From: Promethearchaeota archaeon
GTDB lineage: Archaea; Asgardarchaeota; Lokiarchaeia; Sigyniarchaeales; SOKP01
Direction of reading: 5' to 3'
Assembly: GCA_048941285.1 (NCBI GenBank)
Contig: JBHLNS010000029.1
Span: 1 to 43,939, forward strand
DNA length: 43,939 bases
The notes beneath the pieces were generated by a model. The model was not told the origin of the DNA and ran no database searches. It was given only the letters and a program-made list of their open reading frames with translations. Both the position numbers and the translations under genes were made by a program. Shown here one piece after another: positions 9,564 through 18,927 of this stretch (position 1 is the stretch's first letter; each line of letters opens with the position of its first letter).

Positions 9564-9867
9564 ATTCAAACTATTATTTTTAGCTTATAATTTAATCAAA
9601 TTAGAAATATTAACGGTAAAAATTTAACTCTTCCTATTAAAATAACTAACATAAATTGTGAAATTCAATAGCTATAATAATACATTAAATAACTGTCATA
9701 GTTGTTGTGATAATTAATTTTACACAATATTTACAAGAATTTTGTTGAGATTGGTAAAGAGTTAAAAAAAATATATTAAGTCTAGCCAACTTTTTATGCT
9801 ACCGAGATAAATTTTAATTTATCAAGGAAATTAAGTCAAAAATTTTTCAAGAAAAGTTGATAATATT

Positions 9868-12087
9868 ATGAAAAAATTAGATTATTCTAAAAATACTCTC
9901 ACTATTTCGTTAGTTTTTTTATTTATCTTAAGTGCTTTGATAACTTCATTTAGCGTATTTTGTCTTGGTAACTCTTTGAGAAAGATAAATTTCGTAAATG
10001 AAATTGAAAATTTTCAGATGCCTAAAATAAGTGCTACACAAATTAACATTACAACTCCTAATAATATAACTTATACAGCCCCAGTGAATGGTTATTATCC
10101 TTCTACCTATGGGTTTGAAAATGAATATGATGGAACAAATGGGACATCTATTTGGTTTGTAGATACTAAAGATGCTAGTTGTACAGTTAATGTATTATCT
10201 GAGCTTGATCAACATCAAAAAGTCTTAAACTATAGTACTCCATTAAGTGATAGATGGGTTCGAAATAGGTTCGATTCCAGTAAAACTTCTGGTACTGTGG
10301 AATTTTGGGTAAGATTAGGAGAAATTGACATAAGACATACTATTTATCTTGCAGATGATTCAGGTGGTTCAATTTCATTAAACTGGTGGGAAGATGGATA
10401 TGTAAAGTATGATGATAGCGGCACACCAACAACCATTGAAGCTTATAGCGCTTTACAATGGTATCATGTAAGGATAGAATTTGATTTGACAACTGATTGG
10501 CATTTATGGATAAATGGAGTGTCAAAAGATGGGGGAGCAGGGTATGGCTACGATGCGGGTAATCCTACATCTTTTGAAGAATTTGTGTTTGGGGGGCAAG
10601 CAAATAGTAATTTCTGGTTGGATGCTGTTAGTTATTCATGGGATCAGGATTATAGCATAGGAAATAACTTCTATGAAGGATTATTCCTTAGTTTTGATCT
10701 CGGTTTCACTCCTGATTGGCTTGGGTATTCTATAGATGGGCTAGCTAATAAAACAATTATAGGAAATACTACAATTTGTTTTCCTATTAATGACGGATTG
10801 CATAAAATACAGATTTTTGGAAATGATTCTATAAGTACAATATACCAATCAGATAAAAGATTTTTTTCAACTCAATTAATTAATATCGTTACACCTAGAA
10901 GTCAATTTTATTCAGAACCTATGAGTAAATATTATCCAGCAACATATGGATTTGAAAGTGAAAATGTTGGTACCAGTGGAACTAATATTAGATTCGTAGA
11001 TTTAAAAGATACTGATTGCTCAGTAAATATAATATCTGAACTTGACCAACATAAAAAAGTTTTGCATTATAATACTCCATTAAGTGATAGATGGGTTCGA
11101 AATAGGTTCGATTCCAGTAAAACTTCTGGTACTGTGGAATTTTGGATTAGATTAGAAGGCATTAACTATAGGTATGTAATTTATCTTGCAGATGATTCAG
11201 GTGGTTCAATTTCATTAAGCTGGTGGGAAGATGGATATGTGAAGTATGATGATAGCGGCACACCAACAACCATTGAAGCTTATAGCGCTTTACAATGGTA
11301 TCATGTAAGGATAGAATTTGATTTGACAACTGATTGGCATTTATGGATAAATGGAGTGTCAAAAGATGGGGGAGCAGGGTATGGCTACGATGCGGGTAAT
11401 CCTACATCTTTTGAAGAATTTGTGTTTGGGGGGCAAGCAAATAGTGATTTCTGGTTAGATGCTGTTAGTTATTCATGGGATCAAGACTATAGTGTAGGAG
11501 ATAACTATAATGAAGGATTACTCCTTAGTTTTGATCTCGGTTTCACTCCTGATTGGCTTGGGTATTCACAAGACGGTCTAAATAATAAAACTATTGTTGG
11601 AAATAAAACGATTCCTTTTCCATTGAGTGAAGGATTGCACTCGATTCAAGTATTCGGAAACAATTCTGTCGATACAATGTTCCACTCTGAAGTTAAATAT
11701 TTCTCAATCGATACAAGTGCTCCAGTTTCATTAATTTCATTTACACCACACAGTACTCCTAATATTGTGCTTGAATCAACACTCTTTTCAATAATTTCAG
11801 ATGATGGTTTAGGTTCTGGAGTTTCACTAATACGCTACAAAATTAACGATTCAAGCTGGTTTGTTTATACAGGGCCATTTAATTTAATGGGTCATCCATA
11901 TGATACCTATGAGATCTCATATCATGCAATCGATAATGTTGTAAATGTTGAAAATGAGAATTCTATAATTGTCGTATTAGTTCCTGAACCTGTTGAACCA
12001 GGAATACCAGGATTCAATATTGTTATAATGATTGGGGTTCTAAGCATAGCTTCAATAATTTTACTTAAGAGAAAGTTAAAAAAATAA
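9868..12087 (+). CDS. Cell-surface protein: N-terminal signal/TM, two LamG/concanavalin-like repeats, OmpL47-like domain, Loki-CTERM/PGF-type anchor
   Basis: SGTVEFW..QWYHVRIEFD..WHLWING twice; DTSAPVS..GSGVSLIRYKIND..YHAIDN; C-terminal PGIPGFN + TM + KRKLKK. Confidence 0.85.
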   Translation: MKKLDYSKNTLTISLVFLFILSALITSFSVFCLGNSLRKINFVNEIENFQMPKISATQINITTPNNITYTAPVNGYYPSTYGFENEYDGTNGTSIWFVDTKDASCTVNVLSELDQHQKVLNYSTPLSDRWVRNRFDSSKTSGTVEFWVRLGEIDIRHTIYLADDSGGSISLNWWEDGYVKYDDSGTPTTIEAYSALQWYHVRIEFDLTTDWHLWINGVSKDGGAGYGYDAGNPTSFEEFVFGGQANSNFWLDAVSYSWDQDYSIGNNFYEGLFLSFDLGFTPDWLGYSIDGLANKTIIGNTTICFPINDGLHKIQIFGNDSISTIYQSDKRFFSTQLINIVTPRSQFYSEPMSKYYPATYGFESENVGTSGTNIRFVDLKDTDCSVNIISELDQHKKVLHYNTPLSDRWVRNRFDSSKTSGTVEFWIRLEGINYRYVIYLADDSGGSISLSWWEDGYVKYDDSGTPTTIEAYSALQWYHVRIEFDLTTDWHLWINGVSKDGGAGYGYDAGNPTSFEEFVFGGQANSDFWLDAVSYSWDQDYSVGDNYNEGLLLSFDLGFTPDWLGYSQDGLNNKTIVGNKTIPFPLSEGLHSIQVFGNNSVDTMFHSEVKYFSIDTSAPVSLISFTPHSTPNIVLESTLFSIISDDGLGSGVSLIRYKINDSSWFVYTGPFNLMGHPYDTYEISYHAIDNVVNVENENSIIVVLVPEPVEPGIPGFNIVIMIGVLSIASIILLKRKLKK
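10236..11567 (+). repeat. Near-identical intragenic direct repeat (10236-10730 vs 11073-11567, offset 837 nt)
   Basis: Long runs of identical DNA in the two copies; it also explains the twin antisense ORFs in the track. Confidence 0.95.
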
Positions 12088-12114
12088 TTTTAATTTTCAT
12101 AAATTTTTTTTTTG

Positions 12115-13746
12115 TTATAACTTTATTACATAAAGTGGCCACTTTTTTAGTATTCCTTTAGAAATTTGCCCTTCGCGAACCATTTTTAGTATTTCTGCTC
12201 TTGTAGCTAAAAAATCAACTGGTTGATCGTCAATAAAATTAATGCCAACAGAATTATTTGCAAATGCTTGATATAATTCTTTTTGATTTGGGCATTTAGA
12301 AATAATATCTAAAATTTGATTTTCATTAAAGCAGTTTGAATCTAAATCTGATGGTAAAAAGAATTCCCAAGATTTATTAGATTTTTGCATTAGTAATAAT
12401 GCGTCAGTTTTTAGTTTGCAGCTACTTTTCAAACAATTTAATAAATTTCCTGGTTGAATTACATTAAAGTTATTGAAAGAAAAAAAATCCCCAGCCAAGA
12501 CCTTATAATTATATGGTTTCTTGACTTTATCAGATAATTTGACCTTATATTTCAACTCAAAACTAGATCTTATGATATTTCCCTCTATTATAGGTAATCC
12601 ATCTGACTTTTTAACAGTAATAATATCTCCAATGTCAATATTTACTAAAGGCCCTGAATCTCCCAATTTTGAAACAAGTAGCTTTCCAGTTTGTTCCGAA
12701 ATTCGAGAGATTAAATTTCTTTTATTATTATATTCAAGAACTGGCAATGTTAAGGGAAAAACATACATTTTATTTAAACGAGATAAATTAAAATCTCCTT
12801 TTGATATACTAGCTGCAAAAGTTCCTATCTCAGATGCTACATAAAGATTTGTAAATCTTTCTTTCCCTTTTTCCCATCCCATAAATTTACGTATTAATAA
12901 CCAATTCTGTTCTGAAAGAGAGCTTGTACTAAAGATAAGTGTAGCTTTACAGAATTTTTCAGTTAGTTTTGCTTGTATAATTTGAGTTGCTTTTTCTATA
13001 CCAACCTTTCTTATAATTGCCAAAAGATCTTCTAAAATAGAATTTTTCTCTTTTGGCAAATTTTCCAGAGATCTTTTTATACCTCTTTGAAATTTTTCCA
13101 AATCTGCCCATCCTAAAATAATTAAGGCCGGAGCAGAAATAACTGAAATCTTATCTAAATGTAAAATTTTTGATATAATATCTAAATTGTTGTAATTTTT
13201 ATATTCATAAAAAGTGTAGGACTGTGGTTTTATTATTGAAAGCATTAACCTTTGAGAAAACTCAACTGAGTATAAGGAAATGTATGTTTGACCCTTATAT
13301 GATTGAAGCCCATCTATTTTAATTCGAGATGGAATAAATATTATTGCAGATGATCTTCTATCTAAACCACTTGATTCGGAAATAGCTTGTATTCCTGGAG
13401 CCCAATATTGTTGAATGATATTTTTCGACATAGGAAGCCATTTAAGGGCAGTTAAATCGCTATTAGTCGTACCTGAACTGTGACACACAATTAAAGGTTT
13501 AGATCCCTGATATTTCTCCAAATAACTATGCGGTTCAACAGATAAATATTTCGAATTTAGTTTATCCTTTATAATCCTCTCAAAAATATCATTAATTGAT
13601 GATAAACCAGAATTTCTTAGACAAAGATCCTCATACTCTTCTTTTGAAGATATATCGAGCCATTTTTTCCAATCAGTAGAAGGAATATTGGAAAATTGCT
13701 TATCGAATATGTTTTGAACTTTTAAATCAAAGTCGAAGGAATTCAA
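12115..13746 (-). CDS. GH3-like / adenylate-forming (ANL-superfamily) enzyme
   Basis: HSSGTT..KWLP (GH3 motif I-like), YVASE (GH3 motif II-like), IDIGDII (YxxGD-like). Confidence 0.65.
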   Translation of the reverse strand: MNSFDFDLKVQNIFDKQFSNIPSTDWKKWLDISSKEEYEDLCLRNSGLSSINDIFERIIKDKLNSKYLSVEPHSYLEKYQGSKPLIVCHSSGTTNSDLTALKWLPMSKNIIQQYWAPGIQAISESSGLDRRSSAIIFIPSRIKIDGLQSYKGQTYISLYSVEFSQRLMLSIIKPQSYTFYEYKNYNNLDIISKILHLDKISVISAPALIILGWADLEKFQRGIKRSLENLPKEKNSILEDLLAIIRKVGIEKATQIIQAKLTEKFCKATLIFSTSSLSEQNWLLIRKFMGWEKGKERFTNLYVASEIGTFAASISKGDFNLSRLNKMYVFPLTLPVLEYNNKRNLISRISEQTGKLLVSKLGDSGPLVNIDIGDIITVKKSDGLPIIEGNIIRSSFELKYKVKLSDKVKKPYNYKVLAGDFFSFNNFNVIQPGNLLNCLKSSCKLKTDALLLMQKSNKSWEFFLPSDLDSNCFNENQILDIISKCPNQKELYQAFANNSVGINFIDDQPVDFLATRAEILKMVREGQISKGILKKWPLYVIKL

Positions 13747-13802
13747 TTCAATAAAAATATTTTAATTATAATAAAAAAAGAGAAAAAAAATAAATAATTA
13801 TC

Positions 13803-14351
13803 CTAAAACTTTATAAAATGCATAATAATGCCATATAGACCAGTCTCAGAATCCTGAAATATTGGTAAATGTGGAGGAAAATATGTAAAAACTGCAAACA
13901 ATACGCCAAATCCAATGAAAATTATCCAAGAGGTAATACTATACCATTTAGATAATTCCTTTATAGTCAAGATTTTATAACTTACCAATTGTCCAATAAC
14001 GACCCCTAGTACAAAACTTAATATATCTACAATTAGTAATTCTGCTCCAAGTATGGCAGTATATACATAAAAGACAATTAAAATCGTACCAATACTTATT
14101 AGGAATGAAATTAGTTTACCTATAATTATATTATTCGCTTTATCTTTAATGATATTATATTCAATCAGTGAGTATATGATTAATGGCCAATATGGTAGCT
14201 TAAGATGCTCCCAAACACTTTCATTGACAGGAAAAATAACCCCTAGAGGACTCCAATAATTCAATAATGCAAACATAAAATGGAATAAAGCTCCAATTAA
14301 AACAACAAATATAATTCCCATTACTTCCCATTTTAAAATTGTATTCTTCAT
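13803..14351 (-). CDS. Membrane protein, DUF6512-like
   Basis: About 5 TM segments; LFHF and PVNESVWEHLKL motif; TYFPP..PIFQD tail. Confidence 0.7.
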   Translation of the reverse strand: MKNTILKWEVMGIIFVVLIGALFHFMFALLNYWSPLGVIFPVNESVWEHLKLPYWPLIIYSLIEYNIIKDKANNIIIGKLISFLISIGTILIVFYVYTAILGAELLIVDILSFVLGVVIGQLVSYKILTIKELSKWYSITSWIIFIGFGVLFAVFTYFPPHLPIFQDSETGLYGIIMHFIKF

Positions 14352-14564
14352 AATTTTAAATTTTTCATTATATAATTAAATTTGAAATAATTAAGGAACA
14401 ACGGTTAAAGCCGTATTGATAGATATTTATTTCGCAATGAAAAAAATGTTTTGTCTAGATTATATAAAATTTATAGGAAGAAAGGTTAATTATAATCTAA
14501 ATTTATGTGATATCAATTATATTTTCTAAATTGCATATAAAGTGTTTCATCTTAATAATAAATC

Positions 14565-15572
14565 ATGAAAGCAGCTGTATTTGATAATAAAGAAATTAAA
14601 ATTAAAATGATCGCTGAACCGATTATAAGCAATTCTCAAGTTCTAGTTCGTGTAAAGGCTGTAGGTTTATGTGGAACTGATTTAGCAATAATACAAGGAA
14701 ATTTAGAAACTCCTACCCCAATAATTCTTGGCCATGAACTTGTGGGGGATGTAGTCAAATTAGGTAAAGATGTTAAAAATTCATGGCTTAACAAACGAGT
14801 AACATCCGAAATAAATAGTAATATTGATTTTAATTGTTATTACTGTAAGCAAGGATTATATACTCAATGTGTATCTCGAAAAGCAATTGGTATTGATATA
14901 GACGGTGCTCTTGCAGAATATATTGCCTTAGAGTCTTACCTTTTACATGAAATACCTGATAAAATAACTTATGATGAAGCAACCTTCATCGAACCCCTTG
15001 CTGCTGCTTATCAGATTTTTGAACTGATGCCAATTGGGAAGAGGGATCATATATTAGCCATATTTGGTCTAGGGAAGTTAGGATTACTCGTTACTCAGGT
15101 AGCATTATCTAAAGGATTAGAGTTAATTGTGATCGATGGCTCAAATATTAAACTTGATTTAGCTAAGAAATATGGAGCTCAATACATTATAAATAGATTA
15201 GATTGTGAAAATGTTCCAAATAAAATTAAGAATTTTACTAATGGATTAGGTGCAGATATTGTTGTAGATACAACTGGAAATCCTAAGGCCTTAAAAGATG
15301 TTACAGAATCTTGCAGAACCAGAGGAAAAATTCATGTAAAAAGTACTCATGGAGTTCAAACTTCAATAAATCTTACCGATATTGTAGTTCGAGAGCTTAC
15401 GTTATACAGCAGTAGGTGTGGGCCATTTGAAAAAGCAATAGAAGGATTAATATCAGGAGAAATTCAAGTTAAAGACTTAATTTCAAAAAAATTCAATCTA
15501 GATAGCATTAATGAAGCTTTTGAATCTTATAAGTTAAGTAGAGATCATATTAAAACTATTATTTCTATTTAG
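14565..15572 (+). CDS. Zinc-dependent medium-chain alcohol dehydrogenase (MDR)
   Basis: GLCGTD, LGHELVG, CYYC..C, EPLAAA, GLGKLG, SRCGPF. Confidence 0.92.
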   Translation: MKAAVFDNKEIKIKMIAEPIISNSQVLVRVKAVGLCGTDLAIIQGNLETPTPIILGHELVGDVVKLGKDVKNSWLNKRVTSEINSNIDFNCYYCKQGLYTQCVSRKAIGIDIDGALAEYIALESYLLHEIPDKITYDEATFIEPLAAAYQIFELMPIGKRDHILAIFGLGKLGLLVTQVALSKGLELIVIDGSNIKLDLAKKYGAQYIINRLDCENVPNKIKNFTNGLGADIVVDTTGNPKALKDVTESCRTRGKIHVKSTHGVQTSINLTDIVVRELTLYSSRCGPFEKAIEGLISGEIQVKDLISKKFNLDSINEAFESYKLSRDHIKTIISI

Positions 15573-15649
15573 AATCCTTCTACATTTCAATATTTTCTAT
15601 TTAATTAAAACTTAAAAATTATGAATAATTCCGATTTGTAAGGATAAAC

Positions 15650-17407
15650 ATGGAAAATTCTGAAACAGAAATTATCGAAACCGATTCAGAAAAAAAAGTT
15701 ATTAAAGAAGATATTAAATTCCAATATTTTTGGTATCTTATCGTCTTATTTACAATTTATTTAATCTCATATTTAATTCCCGCTATTATATTCATGACTT
15801 ACTTTCTATTCTTTTTTATTCCCTCTTTTTTAGAAGTAACAAATTTCTTATCAATTTTTATTAATTTAGAACCTCTTTTAGCATTATTAACGATACCTTT
15901 AGTTATTATTGGATGTTATTTACTTCGCTTATACCTTATTGGTCTTGTTGCTCGCTTTTTTTGGGGCTTGTCTGAAAAAAAATCTCCTTCTCAAGAAGGT
16001 ATTATCCCCAGAAACTTCCCGAGTAAGACATTGAATTATTACCACATAAGATCTTTCATCTTAAAATATCCCAAAAATGCTTTCTCTAAAGGAATCTTTC
16101 CATGGTTGCAACCTTGGCTTTATAATTTTATGAAGGCTAGCCAAATAGGGAAAGGTACCACAATAGAAGAATCACCTGTGAACGATAAATTTTTAGAAGT
16201 TGGGAAAAATTGCTATCTTGGAGTTAATTCAGCATTTTCTAGTCATATGATTGATGGTATATTTGGAGATATTACATATTTTAAACTTAAAGTTGGTGAT
16301 AACGTTACTGCGGCAGGTAAAAATTTAATAGCACCTGGCACTGAAATAAAAGATAATTCTTATTTACTTCCTTTAGCTTCGACTCCAAAACACAGTATGT
16401 TGGAAGGCAATTCATATTACTTCTCAGGAGGTGCTAGACCACTCAGTAAATTATCAAAAAGAAAAGTAAAGAACTATTTAAAAATCGATCCAGATACATT
16501 AGAACAGATAAAGGAAAAGAAAGAAAAATATAATACAGTAAGAAATGGAAGAGAAGATTTAAAAGAAGAGACTGAGAAGAATTTATCGATTGATTTTATT
16601 ACTAGTAGTGCAATTAGCAGAGTTAATATAAAATTTCTAATTCTATATATCCCCATTTTCTGGTTGTCGGGAATGTTAGACTCAATAATATTTTATACTT
16701 ATTCATATTATGTCCAAAATGGGATCTTGTTGGTTTTTTTTCTCCCAGCAATTATCTTCTTCATGTGGTTTATATTTATAATTGGTTGTCTAATCTTTAG
16801 TAAATTATTCCTAATTCTGATAAATTTAATCCATATTCCAAAAGAAGGCGTCTTTAAGGCTGAAAAGGGTAATCATGATTTTGAATTTTGGTGCTTAAGG
16901 ACTGAATTAAAAAAAATTGTGTTATGGTTGGTAAGAAATTGGCCTCTTCCATGGATGGATATCTTAGTGTTTAAATGGTTTGATATCAAAATGAGTCTTT
17001 CAAGTGCCTTATATGATTCTTGGTGCGATACTGAGTTTATTCATTTCGGACGTAAAGTATTGATAGGGCAAGGAGCGACAATTATGTCGTCCATGGTGAT
17101 AGGAAAGTATTTAATTATCAAAAGAGTGATATTTGATGATTATGTTCTTATTGGAGGAGAAGCAACAATTGCACCTGGGACTATCGTAGGTAAAGAGACC
17201 TTAATTGGTGCTATATCTTATTCTGTTTATGATCAAATATTTGAACCAGGCTGGGTATATTTTGGAATGCCAGCAGTTAAGTTAAAGAAAAATAAATATG
17301 CTGAGCAACGAAGCGACAAAATTACAAAAAGAAATGTTGACGAAGAAAGGAAATTTGAAATTAACCATGACATCAATATTGAAGAAGATAAAAAAGATCT
17401 TATCTAA
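15650..17407 (+). CDS. Fused A+B membrane LbH acyltransferase-like protein
   Basis: N half aligns to the 4020 product (SPSQEGIIPRNFPSKTLNYYHIRSF); C half aligns to the 4909 product (IDFITSSAISR..HDINIEEDKKDL). Confidence 0.85.
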   Translation: MENSETEIIETDSEKKVIKEDIKFQYFWYLIVLFTIYLISYLIPAIIFMTYFLFFFIPSFLEVTNFLSIFINLEPLLALLTIPLVIIGCYLLRLYLIGLVARFFWGLSEKKSPSQEGIIPRNFPSKTLNYYHIRSFILKYPKNAFSKGIFPWLQPWLYNFMKASQIGKGTTIEESPVNDKFLEVGKNCYLGVNSAFSSHMIDGIFGDITYFKLKVGDNVTAAGKNLIAPGTEIKDNSYLLPLASTPKHSMLEGNSYYFSGGARPLSKLSKRKVKNYLKIDPDTLEQIKEKKEKYNTVRNGREDLKEETEKNLSIDFITSSAISRVNIKFLILYIPIFWLSGMLDSIIFYTYSYYVQNGILLVFFLPAIIFFMWFIFIIGCLIFSKLFLILINLIHIPKEGVFKAEKGNHDFEFWCLRTELKKIVLWLVRNWPLPWMDILVFKWFDIKMSLSSALYDSWCDTEFIHFGRKVLIGQGATIMSSMVIGKYLIIKRVIFDDYVLIGGEATIAPGTIVGKETLIGAISYSVYDQIFEPGWVYFGMPAVKLKKNKYAEQRSDKITKRNVDEERKFEINHDINIEEDKKDLI

Positions 17408-17799
17408 CCTAAATTAATTTTTAATTGGATCTTGAGAAAATTTCTTAGATTTTCACATGTTTTTGTTAAGATTGCTTTATCTTGATAAAATAAATGAATT
17501 CTAGGACAATCTTTATCATATACACAGTCTTTTTTTTGGGAATCATAAATAAGTGGATAATATCTACATCCTTGCGGACGGTAATTATAGATATTACATT
17601 TTTTGGTGGAAAAATCTAAAAATATACAATGATTATTTAAATTCTTGATTTGAAAATTCCCATTCTCATTTATAAAGGCAATATCTTGTTTCCTTATCTG
17701 TTTCGGATAAAATTTTATTATTAAGTCAATGTCTTGCTTAGAAAGCATCATTTCGGTTTGTAAACAACACTTTCCGCAATTTTCACATTTATTCTCCAT
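17404..17799 (-). CDS. YkgJ-like CxxCxxCC cysteine-cluster (Zn/Fe-S) protein
   Basis: CENCGKCC, CIFLD..KCNIYNYRPQGCRYYP. Confidence 0.88.
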   Translation of the reverse strand: MENKCENCGKCCLQTEMMLSKQDIDLIIKFYPKQIRKQDIAFINENGNFQIKNLNNHCIFLDFSTKKCNIYNYRPQGCRYYPLIYDSQKKDCVYDKDCPRIHLFYQDKAILTKTCENLRNFLKIQLKINLG

Positions 17800-17939
17800 A
17801 ATGATTTTTTATTTTTTCCTATGATTTATAAATTTAAAAGGAAGAAAAAATAACTATTAAAGTAAATAAGTATCAATTGCTTTTCAATAGAATAAAATTT
17901 TTTGTAAAATAAATTAAAAAATCATATATATGGGTAAAA

Positions 17940-18890
17940 ATGAGTGTTCCTAATACCATGCGTGTGGGGCCTTTCACCCCCACGGTGCTAGTTCGAAAAA
18001 GATATTTAATTTTCTATATATTTCTAATATGGGCAAGTATAATCCCCCTACTTCTAGAATTATGGCTTTATTGGAGATGGTTATGGAATCCAATTAGACC
18101 TGTCCATTTTTATACTTTCCTTCCACTTCTAGCGATTTTGATGTATATAACAATAGTATTTGCAGGAATAATATTTGCTAAAATCCTTTTAATTATTGTT
18201 AATGCCATCCATAAACCCCGAGAAGGAGTTTTTTTGAGAATTCCAGAAGATCGGGATTATAGGTACTGGAGTCTTAGGAATACCATTAAACGTTGGCCTG
18301 TTTGGCTTGCTCATAGATTTCCATTTCCTGGAGTTATGGATAATATTTGTTTTAAAATGTTTGGTGTAAAGACTAAGTTAAGTAATTCCTTATTTGAGGG
18401 CTGGGTAGATACAGAATTTATAGAATTTGGTAAAGATGTAGTGGTTGGACAGGGTGCAATTGTACAATCTGCAGTTATCATTGGTAATATGTTAATAATA
18501 CGTAAAACCGTAATAGAAGATAATGTTAGAATAGGATCACATGCTATAATTATGCCCGGTACTTCTATAGGACAGAATTGTATTCTCGCAGCAAATTCAG
18601 TAACAACAGTAGGACAAATTTTAGAAAAAGGTTGGATTTATGTAGGAATTCCCGCAAAGAAATTCAAACTGAATTATTTTTTTGAGGATGGATTAGAAGA
18701 TAAAATTGGCCATGTTGAAGATGTTGAAACCTTGCGAGAAAAGTATGAAGAAATATATCTTAAAAGATATGATGAAATGAAACTCAGAGAACGCCGTGAG
18801 CTAAAAAAAGAAAAAAAAGAAAAGGAGAAGAAGAGATTAGATTTTGCAGCAGAGGAATGGGAAGAATTTGATGATGGATTTAATATATAA
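17940..18890 (+). CDS. Membrane LbH acyltransferase-like protein, module type C (paralog of 5827)
   Basis: MSVPNTMRVGP vs MSVPSSLKVGP; identical SNSLFEGWVDTEFIEFGK. Confidence 0.85.
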   Translation: MSVPNTMRVGPFTPTVLVRKRYLIFYIFLIWASIIPLLLELWLYWRWLWNPIRPVHFYTFLPLLAILMYITIVFAGIIFAKILLIIVNAIHKPREGVFLRIPEDRDYRYWSLRNTIKRWPVWLAHRFPFPGVMDNICFKMFGVKTKLSNSLFEGWVDTEFIEFGKDVVVGQGAIVQSAVIIGNMLIIRKTVIEDNVRIGSHAIIMPGTSIGQNCILAANSVTTVGQILEKGWIYVGIPAKKFKLNYFFEDGLEDKIGHVEDVETLREKYEEIYLKRYDEMKLRERRELKKEKKEKEKKRLDFAAEEWEEFDDGFNI

Positions 18891-18927
18891 AAAGTAAATG
18901 TAACTATATGAGGATTTAATTACAAAA

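Noticed and set aside
10340-11362. Two nearly identical antisense ORFs (MTLHLSINANQ...)
   Set aside because: By-product of the DNA repeat inside the 9868 gene, not a gene family.
10236-11567. Repeat pair as a diversity-generating retroelement TR/VR
   Set aside because: Both copies are in frame within one CDS, differences do not appear limited to adenines, and no reverse transcriptase is in the window.
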